Position numbers and translations under genes: made by a program | Notes under the pieces: generated by a model | Told to the model about the DNA's origin: nothing | Database searches by the model: none | What the model saw: the letters and a program-made list of their open reading frames with translations, nothing else | Origin: Chloroflexota bacterium | GTDB lineage: Bacteria > Chloroflexota > UBA11872 > UBA12225 | Assembly: GCA_016199265.1 (NCBI GenBank) | Contig: JACQGX010000063.1 | Span: 1 to 60,682 of the forward strand | Direction: 5' to 3' | DNA: 60,682 nt | Part shown: positions 38,212 through 47,618 of the stretch, piece by piece | How the letters are laid out: each line of letters begins with the position of its first letter | Numbering within the stretch: the stretch's first letter is position 1

Positions 38212-38403
38212 ACGAACGAAGAACGAAGGGCGAACAGGGCGTACGTCGAGGGGTGCAGGCAGAACTTCCGGGAAACGTACCGCTCGCCCTGAGCTTGTCG
38301 AAGGGCGCCCTTCGACAAGCTCAGGGCGAGCGGAGGGGCTCCGGAACAATTGCCTGCACCCTACGTCGACTACCGATTTCGTCGCTCGTCGCTCGTCGTT
38401 CGT
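38210..38403. repeat. Triple-nested palindrome: heptamer arms > family C arms > family B doublet
   Basis: GAACGAA array; GGGTGCAGGCAGAACTTCCGG; CGCTCGCCCTGAGCTTGTCGAAGGGCGCCCTTCGACAAGCTCAGGGCGAGCG; CCGGAACAATTGCCTGCACCCTAC; TTCGTCG array. Confidence 0.85.
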
Positions 38404-38404
38404 C

Positions 38405-39313
38405 TCACCGCCCCCACAGCCTTCTCCACCACCTCTTCCGCCCCGCAGCCGTGCTTGGCACCGCTGCCTCCGGCCGCACCAGCGGCGCGTCGCTCAAGCG
38501 GCGCAACTGCACTTGCCGGTGGTAGAGTGCCCGCTGCAGACGCCTCAGCTCGCCGGCGCTCAAGGGCTCGAACATGACGCCCCGGCGGATCGCCAGCCGC
38601 TGCTCGCGGCGCGGCTGGGTGCGTGCCTCGGCCGGCCCCGGCGGCGGCACGATTCTGCCGAAGACGACCATGTTCCCGAACCGGCCGGGCAGCTCGAACT
38701 CCAGCCGTACCCTCGCGCCCGTCTCCAGCGGCTCGCCCACGAGCAGTCCCACGCCGCCGACCGAGATGTCCACGATCTCGCCCGAGGTCGCGCGCCACTC
38801 GCCGAACCCGTCCGGCGCGGCCTGTACCTCGAAGCGCTCGGGCCCGATCAACACCGGAACGCGCACGAACCGCCGCAACTGCCGCAGCCGCGTCTCCCTC
38901 ACGTCGACCACAATGTAGGGCGCGGCGTCCGTCACGATCCGGCTGATGACGCCCTTGAGCAGATACGTCCCGCTCGTGTCGGTGAAGTCGAGCTGCACCT
39001 TCTGGAACGGCATCATGCTCCGGATCAGGCGTTCGGGAAAGAGACTGACCTGACCGGCCGGCGCGTCGATGGCGAGCACCTCGGCCGCATCGAGCGGCGG
39101 CGGCGCTCCCACCAGTAGTCGATCGCCCGTCAGCGTGCAATTGATGACCTGCCCGTTATCCAGCAGCTCGAGCGCCGCCGCCGCTTCGATCACCTCGCCG
39201 GGGCCATCGACCGGCGCTTCGCGCAGCATCCGCGCGTGCGCGGCCTGCGACGCGTGGCTCACATCTGGAATGCCGGCCGCGCTGGAGACGCCGCGAACCG
39301 AAATCGCCACCAT
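38405..39313 (-). CDS. PilZ-domain (YcgR-like) c-di-GMP receptor
   Basis: QLRRFVRV (RxxxR) and DISVGG (DxSxxG). Confidence 0.85.
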   Translation of the reverse strand: MVAISVRGVSSAAGIPDVSHASQAAHARMLREAPVDGPGEVIEAAAALELLDNGQVINCTLTGDRLLVGAPPPLDAAEVLAIDAPAGQVSLFPERLIRSMMPFQKVQLDFTDTSGTYLLKGVISRIVTDAAPYIVVDVRETRLRQLRRFVRVPVLIGPERFEVQAAPDGFGEWRATSGEIVDISVGGVGLLVGEPLETGARVRLEFELPGRFGNMVVFGRIVPPPGPAEARTQPRREQRLAIRRGVMFEPLSAGELRRLQRALYHRQVQLRRLSDAPLVRPEAAVPSTAAGRKRWWRRLWGR

Positions 39314-39453
39314 CGTTTCTGCTTCCTTTGTGACCGTCGCAACCGCTCGCCCCTAAGCGACCGACACCCGTACGTCGCGCACGAGCGCCGGCTCGAAGCT
39401 CACGTTTCACGTTTCACGCTTCACGCTCGCGACTGCCGGCTGCGACTGCCGGA

Positions 39454-40803
39454 TTACGCCGCTGCGGAGGTTGCGGCGCCGGCGATTCGGTCCTTGACCG
39501 GCGTTGCCGGTGTTGGCGCCGGCCCCCCACAGATCGCGCGCTCAAGAGCAGTAACGACATCGGGGTGCCATTGGGTACCCCCGTAGCGCCGCAGTTCGGC
39601 AAAAGCCTCGTCGAGCGACAGCGCCGGCCGGTACGGGCGGTCAGATGTCATCGCGTCGAACGCGTCGGCCGCGGCGATCACCTGCGCCCCCAGATGCAGG
39701 TGCCCGCCGTCCACGCCGTGCGGATAGCCGGTGCCGTCGAATCGCTCGTGATGGTGCAGCACCAGCTCGCGGCCGCGCCCGTACTCCGGGAAGCGCGCCA
39801 AGATCTCCCAGCCAATACGCGGGTGCTCACGGACCATCGCCTGCTCGTCCGGGGTCAGCCGTCCCGGCTTGAGCAGCACGGTGTCTGGGATACCCACGTT
39901 GCCCAGATCGTGGACGCGTGCCGCCAGCCGGATCAGCTCGACGTCCTCGGGCGCCATGCCGAAGCAGCGCGCCGTCCGCACCGCATAATCGGCCACCCGC
40001 CGCGAGTGCTCGTAGGTGTAATGGTCGCGCCGGTCGACCACGTCGGCCATCGCTTCCACCGCCGCGATCGTCTGCTCGACGAGCTGCACCGTCCGTTTGA
40101 GCGAGAGGTAGATGATCGCCACCGGCAGCACCATCACCAAGGGGAACCACGCGTCGTGCACCGCCGTGCGTGCCGTCACCAGCCCAATGAACAGCAGACC
40201 GGCGAACTGGAGCCCGTCCTTCCGCCGCCCATTCAGCCAGACGCGCAGCGGGCTGTCGCGCATTTGGAGGCCGACGATCGCCGCGACGGCGAAGCTGTTC
40301 GCCAGGTACATCACCACCGCCGCTGCCGGGATCGCCCATAGACTCTCGATCCGGTCGATCTGCGCCGGCGCCGCCTGCGGTGCGAAGGCGAAGTACACGA
40401 GCGCGGCCAGGCCGGTTGCGCTCATCGCCTGTGCGGTGTTGAACGCCACGCTGCGCAGACCGCGCACGCGCTTGGCGGTGGTGTTGTACCGGCGCGCCGC
40501 GAGCGTCACGCCGCCGGCGAGTTGGCTCGCGCCCACCAGCAGCAGGGCCGCCGGCGCGCCGAAGAGCAGCAGCGCCGCGAAATAGGGCGCGATCGCCACG
40601 TTGACGTGCTGTCGTGCGGCGAGCGTCAGCGGGAAGTGCTGCGCCGCCACCGCCAGTGCGAAGAAGAGCGCCATCAGCCGCAGACTCGCGGGGTCGCTTC
40701 CGGGCCACACGCCGCGCCACACTTGATGCCAGTAGCCATAGAGGCCGGCGGCGAGGAGCACCATCAGGTAGAGGAAGGCCCGTGCCGTAGGGGGCAGGCT
40801 CAT
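39454..40803 (-). CDS. Membrane-sensor HD-GYP phosphodiesterase
   Basis: N-terminal multi-TM domain; HSRRV, VHDLGN, HHERFDGTGYP, DAFDAMTSDRPYR. Confidence 0.92.
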   Translation of the reverse strand: MSLPPTARAFLYLMVLLAAGLYGYWHQVWRGVWPGSDPASLRLMALFFALAVAAQHFPLTLAARQHVNVAIAPYFAALLLFGAPAALLLVGASQLAGGVTLAARRYNTTAKRVRGLRSVAFNTAQAMSATGLAALVYFAFAPQAAPAQIDRIESLWAIPAAAVVMYLANSFAVAAIVGLQMRDSPLRVWLNGRRKDGLQFAGLLFIGLVTARTAVHDAWFPLVMVLPVAIIYLSLKRTVQLVEQTIAAVEAMADVVDRRDHYTYEHSRRVADYAVRTARCFGMAPEDVELIRLAARVHDLGNVGIPDTVLLKPGRLTPDEQAMVREHPRIGWEILARFPEYGRGRELVLHHHERFDGTGYPHGVDGGHLHLGAQVIAAADAFDAMTSDRPYRPALSLDEAFAELRRYGGTQWHPDVVTALERAICGGPAPTPATPVKDRIAGAATSAAA

Positions 40804-40887
40804 CGGTTCATCACTCGGCGCCTTCGCGGTCCACTCGGGAGGCGGCGCCGCTCGAGCGTCGACCGTGCGCGGCGCGCCCGCCGCGCG

Positions 40888-41076
40888 CTACGCCGCCGGC
40901 TCGTCGTCCCACCATTCGACGATGGCGCACACGGCCCGCGGTGGCAGTTGGCCGGTGCGGTCGTAGCCGGCGTCGTGGGGGAACCGCCATTCGACGAGCG
41001 GGCGCGCGGCGCGCGGCGCCGCGACCGATGAGCCCGACCAGCTTGGAGGGCGTGCGTTGTGCTGCACGGTTGACAT
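40888..41076 (-). CDS. Small hypothetical peptide upstream of the HD-GYP gene
   Basis: AAGGA upstream; 62 aa with a repeated VEW motif. Confidence 0.4.
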   Translation of the reverse strand: MSTVQHNARPPSWSGSSVAAPRAARPLVEWRFPHDAGYDRTGQLPPRAVCAIVEWWDDEPAA

Positions 41077-41226
41077 CCGGGTTCGTACCGTCCTTACTAC
41101 GCTGCGTTCACTGCCCGCGCAGTTGTCAACAGAGTAAAGATCGCCCCCGATGTGCCCGGGTGCCGATCGGGACTATAGGCATACGCCCGATGGCCTACGC
41201 TGAATGGCGTCAGCCCGAGGGTCCCC

Positions 41227-41248
41227 GCGGGTTCCACCGTGGCTTTCC
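41227..41248 (+). repeat. Core of the MITE-like unit (partial copy)
   Basis: GCGGGTTCCACCGTGGCTTTCC identical to 927-948. Confidence 0.7.
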
Positions 41249-41462
41249 TTTTGCATCTGCCACCGGCACAAGACTACTTGAGTAGAGAGACGAGGCTTCT
41301 CGCCGGCTCACCATTCGCCCCGAGCCGGCGGCCCGTTCGGCCTGAGCCCGTCGAAGGGCACGTCGGGCCTGTCATGGATTTCTGCTCGCACCGCTTTCCC
41401 CTGCCGGCACGGCTCAGGAGGTATCATCGGCGTCACACGACAACACCGGTGGATTGACAATC

Positions 41463-42506
41463 ATGGCAACCGTCGCCCTCCTCCAGCGCGCCAGCGCCCG
41501 TCACCGCAGCTATTACCTGGAAGCGATCCGCGACCTCGACACGATCACCGCCGCGGCGATCGTCGATCCCGACGGCGCAACGTTTGACGAGGCACGCCGG
41601 ATCGTGCAGAACAAGCCGGTTCGGACCTACCCCTCGTTCGATGCGCTGCGCGAGCACGAGCAGCCGGCGATGGCGATTGCCACGTTCACCGGTGCCGAGG
41701 CCCCGGCGATGATCCGGCCGGTGCTCGACGCCGGCGTTCCCGTGCTGGCGGAGAAGCCGGCCTGCGTCGACGCCGAGTCGTTCGCCCGGTTGGTCGACCT
41801 CTCCGAGCAGCGCCGCACGCCACTGATGCTCGCCCTCTGTAATCGCCTCGGCCCCTGGGCCGCCGACGTTCGTCGCATCGTCCGGGACGGCGGGATTGGG
41901 CGCCTCTACGCGGCCCGCGCGCTGGCGCTGGCCGACCAGACGCGGATCTGGCACGAGCGGACGCGCGACTGGTCGTTTCGCCGAGCCGAGGCCGGCGGCG
42001 GCCACCTGATCTGGCTCGGCATCCACTGGCTCGACCTGTTGCTCTTCCTCACCGGCGAGCGCATCGTCGAGGTCCAGGCGATGGCCGGAAACGCCGGCGG
42101 TGGCCCAATCGACGTCGAAGACGTCGCCGTCGTCAACTTCCGTTTCGCCGGTGGCGCCTACGGCTCGCTCACCTCCGGCTACGTCCTCGACTCGAATAAG
42201 CAGCTTGACTTGAGTCTGTGGGGCGCTCATGGCTGGCTGCGGTTCGACCACACCGCCCGCACGCTCGATTGGCACAGCCCTGCCGCCGAGATGAATCAAT
42301 CGCCCAACCGGCAGTTCCGCTACGACTCGGCCGGCGGCGGCTACACGCCGTTCGTCCGCGAATGCTTGCGCGCCAGCCTCCGCGAGGCGCCGCCGCCCAT
42401 CACCGCGGCCGAGGGCCTGCACGTCCTACGCGCCATTTTCGGCGCCTACGAATCCGCCCGCACCGGCCGCACGGTCACGCTCCACGATCGGGCCGAACAC
42501 AGCTAA
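41463..42506 (+). CDS. Gfo/Idh/MocA-family oxidoreductase
   Basis: VLAEKP, GGGHLIWLGIHWLD, VEDVA. Confidence 0.9.
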   Translation: MATVALLQRASARHRSYYLEAIRDLDTITAAAIVDPDGATFDEARRIVQNKPVRTYPSFDALREHEQPAMAIATFTGAEAPAMIRPVLDAGVPVLAEKPACVDAESFARLVDLSEQRRTPLMLALCNRLGPWAADVRRIVRDGGIGRLYAARALALADQTRIWHERTRDWSFRRAEAGGGHLIWLGIHWLDLLLFLTGERIVEVQAMAGNAGGGPIDVEDVAVVNFRFAGGAYGSLTSGYVLDSNKQLDLSLWGAHGWLRFDHTARTLDWHSPAAEMNQSPNRQFRYDSAGGGYTPFVRECLRASLREAPPPITAAEGLHVLRAIFGAYESARTGRTVTLHDRAEHS

Positions 42507-42689
42507 TCGAGCAAGGGGAGTCTACTGAGTGGGCTGACCCGTCAGGTAAACGTCCAATATCGTGTAATCAATGCCTGACAGAATGAAGCCAGAGCAGAGA
42601 GCGTCCCAAGATCAGTGAACGGAGCCGGATGGTACGGCCGCCACCGCCGCCGGGGGTCTGAGAGCGCAGCGAGGGGGTGCCGCCCGGCT

Positions 42690-42953
42690 ACGTGAACCAA
42701 GCCAGCTCAAGCAGGCTCGGTCCAGGGCGCTTGAGCGTCCCTTCGACTGCGCTCAGGGCAGGCTCTTCGTTTGCGTAGCCGGGCGGCTTCAGCCCCCGGC
42801 GGGGTCGCTCCGTCACAGGTCGTTGCGGGTGCAGGCCAAACTTCCGGGGACCGCCGCCCCTGGGCGTATCGACATACGCCCAGGGGCGGCGGTCGAGCGT
42901 ATCTCGATACGCCCCTACAGGACATCTACGCCGCCGGAACAATTGCCTGCACC
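42690..42953. repeat. Composite REP cluster (IS200/605-end-like palindrome, family B, family C arms, GTAG-type palindromes)
   Basis: TAGCCGGGCGGCTTCAGCCCCCGG; CCTTCGACTGCGCTCAGGGCAGGC; GGGTGCAGGC...GCCTGCACCC enclosing GGGCGTATCGACATACGCCC and ...GATACGCCCCTAC. Confidence 0.8.
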
Positions 42954-43003
42954 CGGTCGTTGCTCACTTCGGGACAGTCTCCCAGACCATGAGTGTGGTG
43001 CCA

Positions 43004-43462
43004 TTACTCCACTACCTGCTCCAGCTCGACGCCGTGGCCGTCCGGGTCCTCGACGTACACCGAGAAGGTTGGCCGTCCCTGGCGATTGTGCCCCTCTCGC
43101 GTGCCCCGAATAGTCACGCCGCGCGCCCGCAACGCCTCCTGGAGGCGCTCGGCGCCGGCCGGCTCGATCAGCAGGCAGATGTGGTTCAAGCCCCGCGCGC
43201 TTCGGTCGGCCGGTGGCCGGTAGTCACGTCGCTCCATCAGAAACACCGTCTGATCGCCCGCCCCAAGCTCTACGAACGTTGGCCGTCCCGCCTCGTCCCG
43301 CCGCATCACGCTGCGCACGGCCAGGCCCAACAGCTCGGTGTAGAACCGCAGCGACGCCTCCACGTCGCGCACGTGCAGATTGGCGTGGTCCAGCCCCGTC
43401 GGCCTCACCAGCGGCCCGCCCGCCGCCGGTTGGCTCTCCCGTCTCGTATCCACGGCTTCCAT
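43004..43462 (-). CDS. VOC/glyoxalase-family protein
   Basis: LDHANLHVRDVEASLRFY, GLNHICL, YVEDPDGHGVEL. Confidence 0.92.
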   Translation of the reverse strand: MEAVDTRRESQPAAGGPLVRPTGLDHANLHVRDVEASLRFYTELLGLAVRSVMRRDEAGRPTFVELGAGDQTVFLMERRDYRPPADRSARGLNHICLLIEPAGAERLQEALRARGVTIRGTREGHNRQGRPTFSVYVEDPDGHGVELEQVVE

Positions 43463-43604
43463 ATCGGTGCGTCCTCCTCTGCCCAATTCATACACCGTGC
43501 CTGCAACAGGCATCGCCGAGGCCGTCGCGGCCGGCTCGCGCCAACGCCCCTATCCCATTCCGTTTCCCACAAGGGACCAGGCCCTCGGCCCCATCACAGT
43601 CCCA

Positions 43605-44609
43605 TCACGGCCACGACGCGGTGCCGCCCAGCCCCGCGGTCTCCGGTTGCCCGGTCATGAGGTTGGCGTTCTGCATTGCCTGTCCGGCTGCTCCCTTGCC
43701 CAGGTTGTCCGTCGCCGCCACTGCGATCACCAGACCCGAAACCGGCGAAACGACGTACGTCAGGAACGCCAAGTTCGAACCCGCTGTCCACTTGGTGTGC
43801 GCGCTCCGGCCGTTCTGGTGGTCCATGACCCGCACAAACGGCTCTCTGGCGTAGAACGCACGCGCCGCCTTCACCACCTGCTCGGTCGCCACGCTGCCGC
43901 GGGGCCGGCCGTAGCACGTCGAGAGAATGCCTCGCGTCATCGGAATCAGGTGCGGCGTGAAGGTCGGCGAGGCGCGCCGCCCGCCGCCCGCCAGCCGTGA
44001 AAGCGCCTCGCTCATCTCCTTCTGGTGGTCGTGACCCAGCAGCCCGTACGCCACCACGTCCTCGTTCGTCTCGGCGTAGCCGTAGGCGTTCGCGCCACCG
44101 CGTCCGGCCCCGCTCACACCGCTCTTCGCGTCGATGATGATCCCTTCCAGCTCGATCAGGCCGCGCGCCACCAATGGCGCCAGGGCAAGCAGCGACGTCG
44201 CCGAGTAGCAGCCCGGATCGGCCACCCGCGTCGCGGCGGCGATTCGCTCGCGCGCTCCCGGCAACTCCGTCAGGCCATACTCCCAGCCGTCCACAAAGCG
44301 ATGGTCGCCGCCGACGTCCACAATCTTCGTCCGCGCCGGTACCCGCGCCAGCGGCTCGCGTGACTTCCCCGTCGGCAGCGACGCGAAGACCACGTCGAGG
44401 TCGGGCAGCTCCTCCGGGACGAACGGTTGGATCACCAGATCGCCCACCGGGTGCCCGTACAGGTGCGGGCATCGCTCGTGCAGCCGCTGCCCGGCCGACG
44501 TCTCGCCGGCGGCGTACACCACCTCGAACGCGGGATGCCCGAGGCACAACCGCAACAACTCGATGCCGCCATACCCGCTGACGCCGGCGATTCCGATCCG
44601 TACGCTCAC
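43605..44609 (-). CDS. argC: N-acetyl-gamma-glutamyl-phosphate reductase
   Basis: GVSGYGG.EL, YGLTE, PGCY, SGVSGAGR, FTPHLIPMTRGI, DNLGKGAAGQAMQN. Confidence 0.96.
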   Translation of the reverse strand: MSVRIGIAGVSGYGGIELLRLCLGHPAFEVVYAAGETSAGQRLHERCPHLYGHPVGDLVIQPFVPEELPDLDVVFASLPTGKSREPLARVPARTKIVDVGGDHRFVDGWEYGLTELPGARERIAAATRVADPGCYSATSLLALAPLVARGLIELEGIIIDAKSGVSGAGRGGANAYGYAETNEDVVAYGLLGHDHQKEMSEALSRLAGGGRRASPTFTPHLIPMTRGILSTCYGRPRGSVATEQVVKAARAFYAREPFVRVMDHQNGRSAHTKWTAGSNLAFLTYVVSPVSGLVIAVAATDNLGKGAAGQAMQNANLMTGQPETAGLGGTASWP

Positions 44610-44665
44610 TCACTGCCTCCGCTGCCGATTCTACAGTCCCATACGGATCATCCCTTGCCGGCGAC

Positions 44666-44706
44666 TCCCCTCTCCCCTGGTGGGAGAGGGGCCGGGGTGA
44701 GGGGGA
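44666..44706. repeat. REP-like family A
   Basis: CCCCTCTCCCCTGGTGGGAGAGGGGCCGGGGTGAGGG. Confidence 0.85.
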
Positions 44707-44745
44707 ACCGTTCGCTATCATAGGTATACTGGTCGGAAAGACGCC

Positions 44746-45777
44746 ATGAAGGCCCTGTTGAAAGTTGCCGAGGGTCCAGGCCACCTCGAGCTGCGTGAGG
44801 TCCCTGATCCGGTGCCCGGCCCAGGGCAAGTGGTGGTGAAGGTCAGCGCCACCGGCATCTGCGGCTCCGACCTGCACATCCAGGACGACGAGTACAAGGT
44901 CGTGCCCCCCGTCGTTATCGGCCACGAGACCGCCGGCACCGTCGCCGCCGTCGGCGCCGGCGCGACCCACTGGCGCCCCGGCGACCGCGTCACCTCCCGC
45001 ACCACCATCAGCACGTGCGGCCGCTGCGATTTGTGCCGCTCCGGCCGGACCAACCTCTGCCCCGAGCGGCGGTTTCTCGGCGGGCACGTCGACGGCGGCT
45101 TCGCAGAATACTTCGTCGTCCCCGAAGCCAGTCTTCTTGCGCTGCCGGCGCAGGTTTCGTTTGAAGCGGCTGCCGTGACCGAGCCCCTCGCCTGCTGTGT
45201 CCACGGCGTGCTCGAGCTCGCACAACCGGCCGCCGGATCGCTGGTCGCCGTCTCGGGGCCAGGCCCCATCGGGCTGCTCTGCGCGCAGGCCGCCCGCGCC
45301 GCCGGTGCGTCGATCGTCGTGCTCGGTACGAGCGCCGACGACGCCCGCTTCGCCCTCGCCCGCCGCCTCGGCTTCGACCTGCTCGTCGACGTCCAGCGCC
45401 ACGATCCCGTCGAAGCCGTGCAGCACCTTGCCTCCGGCCGCGCGCCCGATCTTGTGATCGAGGCCGCCGGGGCGGCCGGATCGCTCGACCAGTGCCTGCG
45501 CCTCGCGCCGCGCGGCGGCACCGTCCTCCAGATCGGTCTCTACGGCAAGCCGGTCCCGGCCTCGATGGACACGCTCGTCCTCAAAGAGCTGCGCCTCCTC
45601 GGCTCGTTCTCGAGCACCCCCACCGCCTGGCCGCACGCCCTCGAACTCATCGCCTCCGGCGCCGTTCAGACCGAGCCCCTCGTCACCAGCAAACGCCCCC
45701 TCACCCAGTGGCAGGAAGCCTTCGCCGACGCCCGCCGCAAAGCCGAAGGCAAGATTCTCCTAGTTCCGAGTTCCTAG
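44746..45777 (+). CDS. Zn-dependent alcohol/polyol dehydrogenase (MDR family)
   Basis: GICGSD, GHE, CGRCDLC...C, GPGPIG. Confidence 0.93.
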   Translation: MKALLKVAEGPGHLELREVPDPVPGPGQVVVKVSATGICGSDLHIQDDEYKVVPPVVIGHETAGTVAAVGAGATHWRPGDRVTSRTTISTCGRCDLCRSGRTNLCPERRFLGGHVDGGFAEYFVVPEASLLALPAQVSFEAAAVTEPLACCVHGVLELAQPAAGSLVAVSGPGPIGLLCAQAARAAGASIVVLGTSADDARFALARRLGFDLLVDVQRHDPVEAVQHLASGRAPDLVIEAAGAAGSLDQCLRLAPRGGTVLQIGLYGKPVPASMDTLVLKELRLLGSFSSTPTAWPHALELIASGAVQTEPLVTSKRPLTQWQEAFADARRKAEGKILLVPSS

Positions 45778-45822
45778 TTCCGAGTTCCTAGTTGGGTGGG
45801 GGGAACTTGGAACTCGGAACTA
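45761..45822. repeat. Inverted heptamer arrays (AGTTCCG/T and its complement)
   Basis: Encodes the last residues and the stop of the dehydrogenase. Confidence 0.8.
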
Positions 45823-45881
45823 AACCAAAGCCACGGTGGAACCCGCAGGCCGCCTCACTTTGCACTTTGCACTTGGTTTAG
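45820..45881 (-). mobile_element. MITE-like dispersed unit, copy 2
   Basis: 62 bp with perfect 9-bp terminal inverted repeats CTAAACCAA/TTGGTTTAG. Confidence 0.7.
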
Positions 45882-46981
45882 GAACCAGGTACTCGGTCAA
45901 AATGCCTCGCCACCTCGTCGCGGTCGAACCGCGGCCAGTCGCGCAGCAGACCGTCCGGCTCACGCAGCCGCAGACCCTCCTCGCGCGGAGTGAGCCGGCC
46001 GATCGCAGCCACTGGGATGCCCTTGCGCCCGAGCGCGTCGACCGCCGTGGCCGCTGCTCTCGGCGCGACCGCCGCCAGGAGCGCGCCGGAAGCCAGCAGG
46101 CCCAGCGGGTCCAGTCCGAGCGCATCGCAGACGTGCGACGTTTCGGGGAAGATGCGGATCGCGCCGGACTCGACGACGCCGCCGCAGCCTGACGCTTCGG
46201 CTACCTCCCAGACCCCGGCCGAGAGCCCGCCCTCGGTCGGATCGTGCAGGCTGTGCAGCGCGCCCGCCGGCAGCGCCTCCCGCAGTGCCTGCGCCGCCGC
46301 GACGACGCTGATCCCCGGCTCGAACAGAAACCGCTGCGCGCGCTCGATTGCCTCCCGCGCCATCCCCGCCCGCGCCAGTTGCTCAGCCGCCTCGCGTGCC
46401 AGCACCGCCGTGCCCTCGATCGCCACACCTTGTGTCAGCAGCAACGTGTCACCCGGTTGCCCCCCGCCGGTACGGACGAGTTGGTCCCGTGCCGCCTCTC
46501 CCAACATGCAGCCCGCGACGATCGGCCGGTCCAGGCCTGCGGTCACCTCGGTGTGCCCGCCCACCAGGCTGGCGCCGATCTCCTTGCATGCGGCAAGCAG
46601 TTGGTCGAACAGGGTCGACACGTCGGCCTCCGTCCAGCGCTCCGGCAGCAGTGCCGATGCCAGGAACCAGCGCGGCGTCGCTCCCATACACACCACGTCG
46701 TTCGCGTTCACGTGGACGGCGTACCACCCGATTAGATCGGTCGCAAACGTGATCGGATCGGTCTTGGCGATCAGCAGCCGCTCGCCGCGCTCGTCAGCAA
46801 AGACGCCGCCCGCCACGCCACCGGCCATGCTGCCTCCTGCGCTACCCGCCGGCGCCGCCAGGAAGTCGATCGCCGCCGCGTCCTCGCCGATCCCGCTGCC
46901 GAGCACTACCCGTGGGTCCGTCCGCGGAATCCGGCCGAGAAGCTGCGCCAAGAGTTCCGGTGGAAGTTTTCCTGTTCGCAT
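45878..46981 (-). CDS. AIR synthase-related (HypE-like) protein
   Basis: MRTGKLP, GIGEDAA, TDPITF, VNAND, GGHTEVT, HDPTEGG, DPLGLLASGALL. Confidence 0.9.
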   Translation of the reverse strand: MRTGKLPPELLAQLLGRIPRTDPRVVLGSGIGEDAAAIDFLAAPAGSAGGSMAGGVAGGVFADERGERLLIAKTDPITFATDLIGWYAVHVNANDVVCMGATPRWFLASALLPERWTEADVSTLFDQLLAACKEIGASLVGGHTEVTAGLDRPIVAGCMLGEAARDQLVRTGGGQPGDTLLLTQGVAIEGTAVLAREAAEQLARAGMAREAIERAQRFLFEPGISVVAAAQALREALPAGALHSLHDPTEGGLSAGVWEVAEASGCGGVVESGAIRIFPETSHVCDALGLDPLGLLASGALLAAVAPRAAATAVDALGRKGIPVAAIGRLTPREEGLRLREPDGLLRDWPRFDRDEVARHFDRVPGS

Positions 46982-47063
46982 CGATCTTGCCTTGTCCCCC
47001 GCTATCGCCCGCTTCCGTTTCCAACGGCCTTCTGCTGTACCATCCAACTATAGGAGGCGTGCC

Positions 47064-47618
47064 ATGGCGACGTCACTACGGTTTACTTCAGCAGACCTCG
47101 AGGTGATGCCCGACGACGGCAAGCGCTACGAGGTCATCGACGGAGATTTGTACGTGTCCAAGCAACCAAGCTGGCACCACCAGCGCACATGCGGGCGAGT
47201 TTTCGCGCTGCTCGAATCCTGGAACAGCCAGGCCGGTCTTGGCGAAGCGAATCTTGCCCCCGGCGTGATCTTTGCCGAGGACGATGATGTGGTCCCCGAC
47301 GTCGTCTGGGTCGGTAAGGACCGGCTGCCCCTGGTGCTCGGGGATGACGGCAAGCTTCACGATGCGCCGGATCTCGTGGTCGAAGTGCTTTCCCCCGGCC
47401 GGCACAACGAACAGCGCGATCGCGACGCCAAGCTCAAGCTCTATTCCCGACGCGGCGTGCGCGAGTATTGGATTCTTGACCGGCAGCTTCGTACGCTCGA
47501 GATCTACCGGCGCCACGAAGCGGCCTTGCGCCTCGAAGCCACGTTGTACGAAGACGACGTGCTGTCATCGCCGCTCCTGTCCGGATTCTCGTGCCAGGTG
47601 GGGCAGTTCTTTGCCTGA
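47064..47618 (+). CDS. Uma2-family endonuclease
   Basis: GGAGG RBS; RYEVIDG, PDVVW, APDLVVEVLSP, KLKLY..GVREYW. Confidence 0.92.
   Translation: MATSLRFTSADLEVMPDDGKRYEVIDGDLYVSKQPSWHHQRTCGRVFALLESWNSQAGLGEANLAPGVIFAEDDDVVPDVVWVGKDRLPLVLGDDGKLHDAPDLVVEVLSPGRHNEQRDRDAKLKLYSRRGVREYWILDRQLRTLEIYRRHEAALRLEATLYEDDVLSSPLLSGFSCQVGQFFA

Noticed and set aside
45990-47063. 542-aa ORF as an N-terminally extended Uma2 nuclease
   Set aside because: The extension is the antisense shadow of the HypE-like gene; a GGAGG RBS and ATG at 47064 mark the real start.
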